DNA from: Vitrella brassicaformis CCMP3155
Lineage: Eukaryota > Protista > Chromerida
Length of the DNA stretch: 62,664 bases
Assembly (NCBI GenBank): GCA_001179505.1
Contig: CDMY01000506.1
Span: 1 to 62,664, forward strand
Direction of reading: 5' to 3'
Shown here: piece by piece, positions 36,498 to 49,238 of the stretch
How the letters are laid out: each line of letters starts with the position of its first letter
How positions within the stretch are numbered: position 1 is the first letter of the stretch
Program-made: the position numbers and the translations under genes
Notes under the pieces: generated by a model
Databases searched by the model: none
What the model was told of the DNA's origin: nothing
Seen by the model: only the letters and a program-made list of their open reading frames with translations

Positions 36498-39400
36498 ATG
36501 GACGCAGCCAAGGTGACCCCCACCACTCTGCCCCTGACGTCGACTGCCGCAGCCCAGCACCCCATCATGCATGTGGTGCCTGGCCCAAAGGACGATCAGC
36601 AGGATCCCAGCCCTTCTGCTACAGGCGGCTCGGCCACCTCACCCAACGCTGCCCACCACGCCAACCCCGAGCCATTCGCCGCTCTGAGGGCATTCACGCA
36701 GCAAGTCGATGCCGACAGACAGCAGCAGCAGCAGCAACAACAGCAGCAGCAGAGGGGTGCGTACGCGACCACCCTCTCCCCTGTGACCACGTATCCGCTC
36801 CACCCGATGTCAGCTCAGCCCTCGATTATATCTCGGGGCCCGTCGCCGAGCCGGCTGGTGGCTAGGGGAGCGGGGGGAGCGAGGTCGCCGGGGAAGGTGT
36901 CCTTAGTGGCCAGCGGGAAGCCGCCAGCCGGGGGGCTCCATGAGGGGTGAGATCCACGGATGGACGATGCACCCACTCAGTGTGCCAGGCATGGCATCGG
37001 GTGGGGTGTCTTGTGTGTGATGCCGGTGTGCTGTGCAGGAACGTGAAGCTTGTGCAGCCGGCCGTGCCCCCGGCTGGTCAGAAGTCAGTTGTTGATTTGC
37101 AGGGAGGAAAGTCCAACAAGATGACAGCGCTGAGGTAGCCGCTCACACACATGGTCGTACAGCCGAAGTGGGCACGGCCGCTTCACCCTTCCTCTCTGCC
37201 TGTTTTGCTCTTGCCCATCAGTGTTGAGTTGCCTAAGGGTCAGTCGAAGGGCTCTGATGGGTCAGGGTCGGCCGCCGCCAACGCAGGACAGACACAAGGG
37301 TGAGGAGAGCAGACACGCCACTGCACACACAGCAACAGGAAGGGGGCTGTCTTCCTGGGTCCTGTATTGCTTGCTTCTGGTGTATCTATCTATGGTGCTT
37401 TGTGTGCGTCAGCACTTCGCAGCCCGTGTATCATGGCATGTACCGCGCCCCCAGTGGGCCATGCTTTCCATTCGCACAGTCATACCCAGGGTGGGTGGGT
37501 AACCACACACAGAAACACCCAGAACCCATCCAATCCACGTGTAAGGCCTCTCCCTCCCTCTATATATCATGATTTCTCGATGCAGCAACGGCCCTGGTGT
37601 AGGTCCTGATGGTTCTACTACCGCGTCTCCCTTCTACCGCTACCCCTCCATGCCCCCCACCTTCACAGCCAAGTACCCCATCGGCGGCAGCCACCCGCCG
37701 GTATCCATGCAGCGGGCCAGCACTGACCCAGCAGCCCCAGACGGGAAGCCCAAGACCCCCAGCTGCTTCCCCATGGCCACCGCCACCTACTCCCCTTTTG
37801 CCCCCATCTCCCACGACCCGTTCGCCGTCTTCTACGCGCAGCACCCGCACACAGCCAACATGTACACGCACCTTAACGGCGGGCCCACGCCAGCAGCACA
37901 AACAGCACCGCCAGCACCACCCCCTGCCCAGGGCAAGAAAGGTGGCAAGGGCAAAGGCGATGGGGTGGCAGTTGTGGGCCAGAGGAGGAGTCCGAGGGTG
38001 GCTGGCCGAGGGGGTGCGGAAGTCGCGACCACCGGCAGCAAGGGCAAACGGGACAAGAAACACGAGAAGGGCAGGGAGGGCAGGCGCGCCAAGAAGGAGG
38101 AAGCGGGCAGTGGGGGCCAGGAACAGCAGCACCAGCAGCAGCAGCAGCAGCAGCCACAGCAGCGTCAGCTCAACACCATCCCTCTGACGCTCCCCACTCT
38201 GCCCACCGCCCTCCCCGGGTCAGGGCTGTCCCTCACCACCGCCGCGCAGCGCATCCTCATGGGCACCGGCAGCCACTCTGACACATCGGGCTCCTCCCCC
38301 GAGCCCCGCCACCGGCTTCTGTTTGCCATGCCGCACAGTCAGGAGCTGCCCGCGTCGCCATCCATGCACCCCATCCCCCTGCCCCAGCTGCGCGCCTCTC
38401 TCCGCAGCCCCTCTCCACCGAAGAGAAAGACCACCACCACCGCCCCCAAGCACCACCCCAAGCGGAAGGCCAAGGCGAAGGCCGAGGCGAGCGCCAAGCG
38501 AGGCCGTCGGCGGCAGGGCAGTATGTCCCGGGTGCTGTGGCGGGGTTCGGGCGGCCGGTTCACACACAAGCCCGACGGTGATGACGACTGGCAGGCAGAG
38601 GACGACGAGCAGGAGAGCGGTGCTCGGGGGTGGATCCAGGTGGTCGTGGCGGACGCACCCGCACAGCAGACGACCGCAGAGGCGGGTGGGGGCGACCAGC
38701 CAGCCGCGGCAGCAGAGGAGCAGAAAAACGAGGGGGAGGCCGCGGCAGCAGCAGCAGCAGTAGTGAAGAAGGAACCTGGTGTTGCTGCGATGGGTGTTGC
38801 GGGTGGTGTGAGGGGTGTGGGTGGCTCCACCATGATCGACACCATTCGCTCGCGGCGTCGGCAGAATCCCGCCCGCTATCGCGACGACGGCCAGGACGAG
38901 GATGGCAATAACGACGACGACCCTTTCGCCTCCTCCCGAGGGGCCGGGCGCCGCAAGCGTGCGGCCAAGATCAGGGCCACCAAGCAGCAGCAGCAGCATG
39001 AGCATTTGGCCAGGGGTCTGTACGAGGAGGCCTACGCCAGCCTGGAGGGCTACGTCGTCGGCTACAGTGCTGAGGAGGGCATGGAGGGCCTGCCGGAGGA
39101 CCACCCTGCACTCGCCGTCCAGCCGCCCCAGAAGCGGCCCAAGGGCAGGGGGGGCCGCAGGAAGAAGGACCCCGGACAAGAGGCCTTCTCACCTGACGAC
39201 CCCTTCTTCGCAGCAGGAGCGGCCGCAGCTGCTGCAGCGGGCTATGCCGACGAGCCGTATGACGAGACGGCCGGCATGGAGCAGATGGACTACGGTGAGG
39301 AGGGGCTCGAGTGTCCCGGCTACACCGACCCATTCGCAGGCTACGAGCAGCACCACCAGCAGCAGCAGCAGCAGCCCCCTCTCCTCCCATCTGTGGGTCG

Positions 39401-40368
39401 GGGCGGCGGCCGCAGAGGCAAGCGCCGTTTGAAGCGGTCAGCGGCCGAGAGGGACATGGACGATTTCCTGTTTGGCGATGACATGAATGAGGGCATGGAG
39501 GGCGGTGACGACGATGAGGAGGGGGGAGACTTCTTCCATCACGGGGGCGACATCCAGTGGGATGCCAGCGGGGGCCAGCTGCCACCGCGCCGGCGGTTCA
39601 AGCCCCGCGCCCTGAGTGAGTTCCTGACAGGTGACCTTCTCCCCTTCCTCTCCAAGCATGACAAGGCCGACCGCAAACCGCACCGGTCATCCCGCAGAAA
39701 ACGACGCCGCCGGCACGGTGGTGGCAGCTCGCCAGACAACAGCCACCTCTTCCACGGCACTGCTCTCCCCGTCCTCCCATCCGATTTCGGCACACTCGCT
39801 ATGCCCAAGAAGGAGGACGCCGAACAAGAGGCTTTCTCCCCTGACGACGTGGCCGGCGGTGAGGACCAGGAGGCCATGTTTGGCGCGGCTGCGGACGATG
39901 GTGCCGGTGCTGGTGATGGTGACGGTGATGTGGGCATGGAGGGAGAGGGAGAGGGAGAGGGAGAGGGGGAGGATGACAATGAGGGAGTGGACGAGAGTTG
40001 GGATGAGGGCGAGGGTGACCATGAGGGCGGCGAGCTGCTAGAGGAGGAGAGCCCTGATGGTGCTGATGGTGAGATGGAGGGCATGGGCATGGAGGAGCAA
40101 GAAGAGGACCAGCCGATGGAGGAGGAAGACGAGGAGGATGAGGATGAGGAGGGAGAGGAACAGCTATATGACCATGAGCAGGACCATGAGCAGCAAGAGG
40201 AGCAGGAGGGTCAGCGTTTGTGTATGACCCCACATGGCCATATCGGATGCACTGCACACTGACCAACCACACACACCCAGACAGACAGACAGACGGACAT
40301 GTTGGTTGAAGTCAACCAGACGAGTCGAGGATTGTCGCTTTCTGTATTCTTGTCCGCTTGCAGCGTGA
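36498..40368 (+). CDS. Large intrinsically disordered protein (poly-Q, basic clusters, acidic tail)
   Basis: Small 5' exons splice in frame (MDAAKV.../NVKLV.../SVELPK.../GTSQPV...) into a ~2.6-kb exon (37585-40210). No folded domain was recognised. Confidence 0.7.
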
Positions 40369-41040
40369 ACCTGGCTAGTCCGCGTGGAGCCTCCGGTCGC
40401 CTGCGTGGCGGGTGCGGGTGCCTGCCTGCCTCCCTGCCTGCCTGCATAGCTGTTGACGGGCTGCTGCCGTGCCCATGTGCTTGCCTGCCTGCCTGCCTGC
40501 CTGCCTGGCTGCCTCGTGTGAGCACCATTGGACCCTCTTGTGTGTGAGCACACTATGTACGTCCGTTCGTTGACGGCATGAATCGATCGTTTGATTGGAC
40601 ACACATACATCATGATGCACACGTCACCTGCCTCGACACGCCACTGATGCAGATGCAGAGAGGCAAGGCGTGAGTGCGCACAGACGACCATTAGACAATT
40701 AAGCCATGCAGAGCAGTCGGTCGGTGCGTGCGTGTGGGCAGCTAGCTACCTACCTGGTCGTCTGCTGGGAGAGCGACCTGTAGGCAGATAGACAGACAGA
40801 CACACACACAGGCAGGCAGGCAGGCGGGGAAGAGAAGCAATGGCAAGGTGCTGATCGAGGGGAGGCGAGGGTGTCGAGACGTACGTGTGTAGGTAAGTAC
40901 ACAAAAGGCCAGATCACGTCACTTCCAATGGAAACAATCCGCACATCACATTGCCTGCCAATCTGATCAATGGGTTTCGCGAACGAAGAGTTGAGAAGCA
41001 ACGGCGGTTCTTGCCTGCCATTTCGGTGCGTGAGTGAGTG

Positions 41041-43087
41041 ATGTATGGCATCCACTGGCAGTACTTGGAGGACGCTGACCGGCTCAACGACGAAAGCGCA
41101 TGGTTCTCCGTCGAGCAGGTCAACAGCATCATCATCGAATCCGCCTATGAAGCCCACTTCACCGGCGTGTCTGGAGGTACACACACACAGACGACACGAT
41201 GCCAGTCAGCACACCACACACATCCAAGTTAGTTGTGTGTTGTTGTTTGTCTGTCTGCTGCCGTGTGCATCACTCTCACTTAGATCCGTATGTTGATTTC
41301 GACCACAAGGGCATCCCGATGCGGCTCCACTGGCCGGAGGGCGTGGCCATCGGCTGCAGGGGGCCAAGACCGGAGGACGTGTTCGTCATAGCACTGCGGC
41401 GCGTCACGCCTGAGGACCAGAACCTCAATGGGGCGGGCAGTGGTGGCCTGCAGCCGCAGCAGGTCGACGGGGTGAGTCAGGATGCTTTCGCTGCCACTGG
41501 TAGTGGTGGTGGCCCTGCTGCTGCTGGTGGCATGAGCACCGCCGGCCTCCTCAAGTATGGGTGGTGAATGCGCAACAACGGCACATGTCCTCTGTATGTG
41601 TCGTTTCCCCTGTGTGTTGGATATTTCAGTGGCACATCCTCCTCTCACAGTGGCGGCACTGCAGTGACCTCTCGTCCAGCCGTCGTGCACCAGGGTCCCT
41701 CCACTCATCATCGGACGTCGGACGGCACTCCCACCACCCCGCCCACTCCCTCGCCAGCCCCCCGGCGTGAGCTGGAGCCGCGTGAAATCCGGGAGGCCCC
41801 GTGGCGGGCACTCACCATACCCAAATTGATGGAGCTGGTCGGTCAGCCCAGATCTATAAAAATGCATACAATCAAATTAATTCCGTGGATGCGATGCGTG
41901 TGTCGATTCTGTGTTGTGTTGTTGCGTTGTGCAGGGCCGTCCGGGGGTTGTGCCCGTCTTTATAGACTTGGAGGACGTGTCGAGGCGTTACGCCAACATG
42001 CGCTGCGACGGCAGCAGGGACCAGTACTGCCACTACGGCGTGGCCAAGGCCGTCGAGACCATCGTCAGAGAAATCGGCTCACAAAACCCCGTGGCCGTAA
42101 GCAAGGACGCTCGGCAGAGAGGGGGAGGGAGGGAGGGAGGGAGGGAGGGAGGGCCGGTCTCTGTGTGTGTGTGTCATTTGTTGGATTGTGTTGTGTTGTA
42201 TTGTGTCAGGTTTGGTGTCCCCATTGGCTATTCTACCAGCCGCCTGACGAATGGGTGCAGACCAAGAAGATCGTACAGGAAAACAGGAGCATACTCAACG
42301 TAAGCTAGCTAGCAAGCCAGTCACCACACCCACACACACGATACAATGGGCTCATGCGTGTGTGTGTGTGCGTGTGAGTGCCATACATCCATCCCATCGG
42401 TGGATTGGATCGGTTGTCTTGTCGTCCGTGTGTCAGAATTTGCGCGACGACCATCTGCTATTTGTGGGCGAGATGGAGGGGGACCGACTGTGGCACAAGA
42501 AAGACCTGGGCGACCGCGGGCAGTACAACCCAAACCTGAGGAAGAACAAACAGAGTGAGTCAGTGTGTGAGCTAGTGAGCAGCCACACGCACACTCTCAC
42601 TCACACAATGAATGGGTCTGGTGGGTGCCTGCCTGCGTGTGTGCCTGTGTGCAGTTGTGAAGCTGATGGTGGACAAGGTGTTGCAGAAACGAGGCATTCT
42701 GGTGACCAACAACTCCGACCAATTCAAGTTTTACGCACCGGTGGGTGCCTAAGTATCCTCACACCGACCACACACACACACAGATGTTAATGTGCGTGTG
42801 TGTGTGGGCTGCAGGCGCATGTGCTCGACTACCGGCGTTTGTTTCAGCGTCACGTGACGTACGTGTGGTGCGCCCTGGACGACGACCCCACCAACGACAT
42901 CTTCAGCCTCAACATAGACCCCAACGGTCGGTCAGCGCCAGGCCAGCACAATACACACACGACACCAACACAGCGACCGATGAGTATCCATCCCTCCAGC
43001 CATCCATTGCCCATCCATCCATTTCGATGTGTGGTGGTGTGGTGTGCAGGCGGGAATGAGCGGCTGGAGCACTTGCTGGGACAGTAA
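41041..43087 (+). CDS. WWE domain + Regnase/Zc3h12a-type NYN (PIN-like) domain protein, probably a pseudo-nuclease
   Basis: WWE: HWQYLED...WFSVEQVNSIIIESAY.../YVDFDH. NYN: PVFIDLEDV...GVAKAV...VWCPHW...QIVKLM...GILVTNN...TYVW...DIFSLNIDPNG...LEHLL. Confidence 0.75.
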
Positions 43088-43589
43088 GTAGTTAGATGCG
43101 CCAGACCAGACACGGAGATGCCTGCCAGGGATGGGTGCCCACCATCCACAAGTGCGTGGCGGAGCTAGATGTAGCGTTGGTTGCATCCTTGGCGAGATGC
43201 GATGGCTGCGGGTGCAAGTGCTGCTCTGTCAGTCACGGCCTCTCATGAATGGATGGCAGGCAGGTGTGCGAGATGCAACCAACGACAGTCAGTGCCGGCC
43301 GGTGGGCGGTGTCTAGTGGCGTCTTGACTGACAGACTGTGGGCTGCTGGGCTGCTTGCTTACTTGTACAGCTCATTCTATGCGACGTACACAGCCCCGCC
43401 CATCATGCATGCCATAGGCCCCTCGCCTACACACAGCTGAATCGTGTCTCAAGTCACACCCACCCGCCTCTGCACTGCACTGCACACAACAGCTGCTATC
43501 ACACACACACACACACACAGCGACACACTGCCGCCCTTCGAAGGGAATGGAAAGGGCGCTCAGAAGTCAGGAAAGAGAAACCTCATGAA

Positions 43590-44213
43590 TCCATCGAAAG
43601 CTCGCCTTCGAGCATCTGGGTTTCCCGTCCGCAGGAAACGAACGAATAGCCCCTCCCGCAAGCAAGTCAGCCACAGAAGTGATCGCCGCTTCGCATGTCT
43701 CACTGACTCAATCTCTATCCGACAGACGTACGTGCTGTGGCGGCCTTTCTGAGAACCCACCCAGACCGCTATCTCCTCCCTGCAAGCAACGACGGCTGGC
43801 GCCAGCCCAGGGCTGCCCAGAATCCAAGCGCAAGACCGGCCCTCGATCCAAGGTGTGGGTCCCGCCGACTTTTGGGGCCAAGCTAGCACTCCCTTCGGTT
43901 CCGTAGGGGGCTTCTCTCCGAGCTCCCCTCGCCGATGGCTCGGCGAACAAGCCGCCCCACAGCGGGGCCTGCCTTTCCAGACGATTACGCCGACCTCGTC
44001 GGTGAGCCTCGAAGGGAAACACACAAATCCCGTTGCAAAGCTGCCTCCTGGAAGACCGCACGCCTTCTCTGGTATGTACGTGTGTGTGTGTGCAGCTGAT
44101 GAGGCCCTGCACGCCCCCCCATTCGACCCGGTGCGACACACCCGACGACGTCGGTCGTCGTCAGCCTTGGCTGCGGGGGGTCACGGACCCGATGGGGGCG
44201 ACCACCATCGCCG

Positions 44214-44244
<31 letters not shown>

Positions 44245-46285
44245 CAACGGCGGCCCAGCTTCCTCTGGCTTGGCATGAGGAAGGCGCCGGTAGAGTCCCC
44301 TCCCCCTCCTCAGCCTGCAGATCGGGGGGCGGCGAAGAGGGATGTCACTGAGAGAGAGGAGGAGCCACTTTTTCGCAAGAAGCATCCGAAGGTGCCGAGG
44401 GAGGCGGCGCTCAACGAGCAGATGGGCAGCCTCAACACACTCACCAAAATGCTCCACCAGGTACACTTGCAGAGACGCATGGGAAGGTAGGTTTAGGTGC
44501 TGTGTCTTGTGCATGTTGGGTGTTTTCCTTAGGAGGCTCGCAACAGTCTGAGTCCGAACACGCCGATGCTGACGATGAATCTGATGGTCAAACACTTCCC
44601 CTCACACGTCGGGGAAGACTTTGCAAAACTCTTCTCACAGAGTACACCCGAAAGAGGTGCCTCTCTCTCTCTCTCTCTCTCTTGACTCATTGTGTGCATG
44701 GCCGTGGCTGGCTGTGCTGTGTGTGCGATTGGTTGGTCAGGCGGTGAGCATGTGGAGGAGCGTCAGAAGGTGATGCACTTCCTGCTGCAGCAGGGACTGC
44801 CCATACACATCGGCATGCAGCTGATTGAGTCGGGATATGACACGGTTAGTGGCCTGCCCGACAAGCAAGGAAGACAGGAAGACACCTCATCCCTTGGATC
44901 TTTGTTTGCTCACCTCACCGGTGGCTCGGCTCATCAGCTGGAGACGTTGAAGACTCTGAAGATCGAGAGATTGCCCTTCATCGCATGGTACACCGGCAAG
45001 AAATGGCTGCCGGGACACTACGAAAAGCTCAAGGTGAATGCACATCACACTGACACACACACAAAGGGGGCGATAAATGGCTCTTCCGTTATGGATTGAA
45101 TCGCAGCGAATATTCAAGGACCTGCCAACCAAGATACTCGCTTACCAGATAGTACGCAGCAGTCGACCAATACACACAAGCACGTGACACGTGTCTCTCT
45201 TGCCTTGCCGCATATCCACCCCTTCTCAGGATTCCAACACGACCAGGAACGACAAGCGCAAGCATCGTCTCGAGGAAGAAAAGGACTTCAAACTCCGCAC
45301 CCTCTCGCGCATCGCCAACATCAATGAGGCGCAGCAGCGCATCTACGGCCCGACACCTCCGCCACTCTCCGAGAATGGGGGTCCACAGACAGGCCCCGAC
45401 ACATCCTCGAGACAGGACCAACAGCAACAGCAGCAGACGGCTCCGGCGGCCACATCTGCCAACGGTGGTCGTGCGGCTGGGGGCGGGCGTGGGCAGCAAC
45501 CCACAACCCTCCCAACCATCTACGAGGCACCGTCCCCTGGACAGCCCCCAGTGGAGGCCGCACCATCATCGCAGGAGCAGCAGCAGCCCGCCCCGACGGC
45601 CAACTTAGCGGCGGCGCAGTCGCCTCGCGAAGAGGACAGGCAGACTCCTCAGCGTACCCCCCGTGAGGCTGCCGAGCGACCCCCCGCCCCACGTGGTGAC
45701 ACAGCGCCCACAGACGACCAGCCTCCTGCCCCTGTGTACGCTCCGCCGATGCCTGAGCCGCCTGCGCTGTTTGAGCCCATCGACTACGACAATATGCCGC
45801 CGTTCAGAGTTCCTGAGGATGGCGGCCCCAGCCAGCGAGTCTATGAGACGACGGGGGGGTTCTTGGTTGAGCAGGTCCCAGTGCAGCGGGTGTATCACTA
45901 TCATCCACTTCTGCCACCTCCGCCCCCGCCCCCGGTGTATCGGCAGCCATATCAGTACGTGTATCGGCAGCAGCAAGTACAGCAGCAGCACCGTTACGCG
46001 ACGCCCTCTGGCTATTGGATCAACCAGTACCCACGGACCGAGGCTGATGGGGCGGGCGGGCAGCGGCCCCCACAGACACAGACACAGACGGGAGGGCATG
46101 TCTCTGCTGGCGACTGGGAGGCGCTATTTCCAATGCATTCGGTGCATCGACACACCACGCGATCGTCTGGTCCGGCACGAGAGCGAGGCCGCAGCCATAG
46201 CGGCCGACAGACAGACCAGACACAGACCCAGCAGAGCATCTTTGACAGATTCAGGTCGGCAGTCGGATGGGGGCGGCAGCAGTGA
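43590..46285 (+). CDS. SAM-domain protein with Q/P-rich flanks
   Basis: Spliced segment VMHFLLQQGL...LIESGYDT/LETLKTL...GKKWLPGHYEKLK/RIFKDL fits the SAM pattern. It is joined upstream by MLHQ|EARNS (44460/44533). The first exons are uncertain. Confidence 0.65.
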
Positions 46286-46736
46286 ACCACAAGGCAAGGA
46301 GAGGTGAATGGATGGTGAGTGGCTGGCTGGCTGTCTTGATGGACGATGTGTGGTTCATCGGTTGTGGGGAGAAGACTCCCTACTGGCCGGTGAATGACGG
46401 GCTGCATGGTCGATGAATTAATGAAGTGATCGATTGGACAAGACCTGACAAGCATGAATATGCAATTGAGTGTGTTTGACCGAGTGCATCTCACGGACAC
46501 GCACCACTGCATGCGGCCTCAAAGCTCTGTCGGTCTCACACACGGATTGCAATTAATGCTTCATCGGAAGTTCATCGGAAGTTCATCCTGTCGGCCTCAA
46601 GTTGCAACAGCATTGCAAAAGAGGGAACCGCAGAAGAAGACGCATCCTCTGCTCGGCCATGGGAAGCCCCGCCTCCGGGAAGAGATCGCCGGGAAACAAA
46701 AACAGTCGCCCTAGCCAAAAAGCAAGGAAAGAGGTG

Positions 46737-48667
46737 ATGGTGAGGACGTGTGTGTACTGCCACAGCGCTAGGGCGTCCATTCGGCGTCCGTCGACCCACG
46801 AGGCCATCTGCAAGGAGTGCTTCTTCCGCGCATTCGAGGACGAAACTCACCACACCATCGTCACCAACGCCCTCTTCAAACGCGGCGAGCGCATTGCTGT
46901 CGCCGTGTCGGGCGGAAAAGGTGACACACGTTGGGAAAACTCGATAGATGGCATAGAGAGGGAGGGAGGGAGAGGTGTGTGTTTGTTGTGTGCATGGTGT
47001 CAGATTCGACGGTGTTGGCTCATGTGCTGACGACGTTGAACCGGCGTCATGACTATGGCCTGGACCTCTTCCTGCTCGCCGTCGATGAGGGCATCACGGT
47101 CAGTGACCGTCTGACAGACAGACAGACAGACAGACACGACGAGCATACTCTGTGTGTGCAATGCATCCATGGCATGGCGTCGTATCGTGTGTGCAGGGGT
47201 ACCGGGATGACTCACTAGAGACGGTCAAGCGGTGAGCTGAGCGGGCTGATAGGCACTCACGTACCGATGGATGGCTGGATGGTGCCGGACATCGCACCTT
47301 ACCTTGCTCATTCCACGGTGGTCTCTCCCACGTGTGTGTGTGTCAGGAATGAGCAGCAGTACGAGATCCCTCTCAAGATCGTCTCTTACGAGGTGAGAGA
47401 GTGAGTGCACTGCACTGCACGAGGGGAGGGAGGGAGGGAATGCGCGACAACACACACCACACCACACCACGTGCATGCTCGCATGTATCCGTCACGCAGG
47501 ATCTGTACGGCTGGACGATGGACGAGATTGTGGCCGCCATCGGCAAAAAGAACAACTGTAGGCCACCCCAGCACGCACACGCAGAAACACACGATGCGAT
47601 GAATGACCTGCCATGGCCACACTGAGGCAGGCGCCTTCACTGCAGATATGATGTGTATGTCTGATGTCAAAAAGGTACGTTCTGCGGCGTATTCCGTCGT
47701 CAGGCGCTGGACAGAGGCGCCGTGATGCTCAAGGCCGACAAGATCTGCACCGGGCACAACGCAGACGACTGTGCTGAAACTGTACTCATGAACAGTAAGC
47801 ACACACACACACAACGCACTGACTGACTGACAGATGGTCACCCACACCCTACATGGCAATCCATCCATCCATCCATCCATCCATCGATCCATCCATTGTG
47901 TGCAGTGCTGCGAGGTGACATAGCGCGTCTTGGCCGCTGCGCGTCGATCATGACGGGGCGGGAGGGCGGGGGGCTGCCGCGGTGCAAGCCGCTGATGTAT
48001 GCGTACGAGAAGGAGATCGTCATGTACGCCCACTTCAAACACCTCGACTACTTCTGCACCGAGTGCATCTACTCCCCCAACGCATACAGGGGCAACGCAA
48101 GAGACCTCATCAAACAGCTCGAGGCCATCAACCCACAGTTCCTCATCGGTCGGTACAAAAGCCACGCACACACACACACGGCCATCCCGATGAACGCGTG
48201 TGTGTCATGTTTGCCTGACAGACATTCTGCATTCTGCGCTTCACATGCGCGTCAACAGTGACGCCGTCCCCGCGACCGTGCCGCGTCAGTGTGAGCGGTG
48301 CGGTTACATGAGCTCCAACCCCATCTGCAAGGCTTGCGTCATGCTCGAAGCCCTTCGCACCGGCCGACCACGGATGGCATTGTCCAAAGACAAGCCACCC
48401 CGAAGGCGGGCCGTCGAGTACGAGAAGGAACAGAAGAATGGCAATGGTGATCCGACGGAGCTGGGTGTGCGGGCGGGGCCGTCCGAGAGCCCCGCGCCAG
48501 TCAGTGTGTTGACGCCGCCGAGGACGGCAGATGGGCCGCGGGAGGGAGCGGTGTCCATGGTGTGTGGCGGGGCGGGAGTGGGGCAGTCGGGGTGTGGGTG
48601 TGGTGATCGGTGTGAAGTCAGACGGACAGAGGGGGGGAATGAGGCCAGTAAGACTGTCACACAATAG
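46737..48667 (+). CDS. CTU1: Cytoplasmic tRNA 2-thiolation protein 1
   Basis: CxxC, AVSGGK/DS PP-loop, [56 protein letters not shown]...CKAC. Confidence 0.97.
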
Positions 48668-49238
48668 GGGGGCGGGGAAACGACGGTCATGGAAATGTGT
48701 GTCCGACGCATAGCATACATGCACACCACAGACGTCACACGGCCGTCCGTCCATCTCTCTGCACCCTGCTCTGCTCTCCTCTCATGTGGCACATGTACCT
48801 TACCTCTCTCAGCTACCCTACCCCCTCTGATGTGTTGTGTTGTGTTGTGTTCCACTCCTCTCGTGTGTCACGCACGTCAGTCAGTGGCGTGTGCCGCTTG
48901 TGCGACGCCTGCAGCCAACGGCCAAAACAGGAAGGGAAGTATCCCTCCCGCCTTGGGCATTGACGAGTGGCGTGCATAAGGGACACCCACACACACACGT
49001 GACAGAGACGTGACAGAAGACAGACGAGGCCGGCCGGCAGGCAGCCCACCGTCTGGCGATCAATGAATGACTCTCTCGGGCGATGCAAAAATCGGCTGTG
49101 AAGGTCCGATCCGAGCTAAACACCTACCCGCCCATGCATCATACATCCGTTCAAGCATACGGTAAGTCAGACAGTCAGTGTTCCCGCCCAGCCCAGCCCA
49201 GCCCATCCGTTCATCTACACCCGACCCGACAGACTACC

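Noticed and set aside
36498-40368. ApiAP2 transcription factor call for the large low-complexity protein
   Set aside because: No AP2 domain pattern was found in any exon
45840-45910. Alveolin repeat (VEQVPVQRVY)
   Set aside because: A single imperfect unit rather than the tandem EKIVEVP-type array that alveolins need
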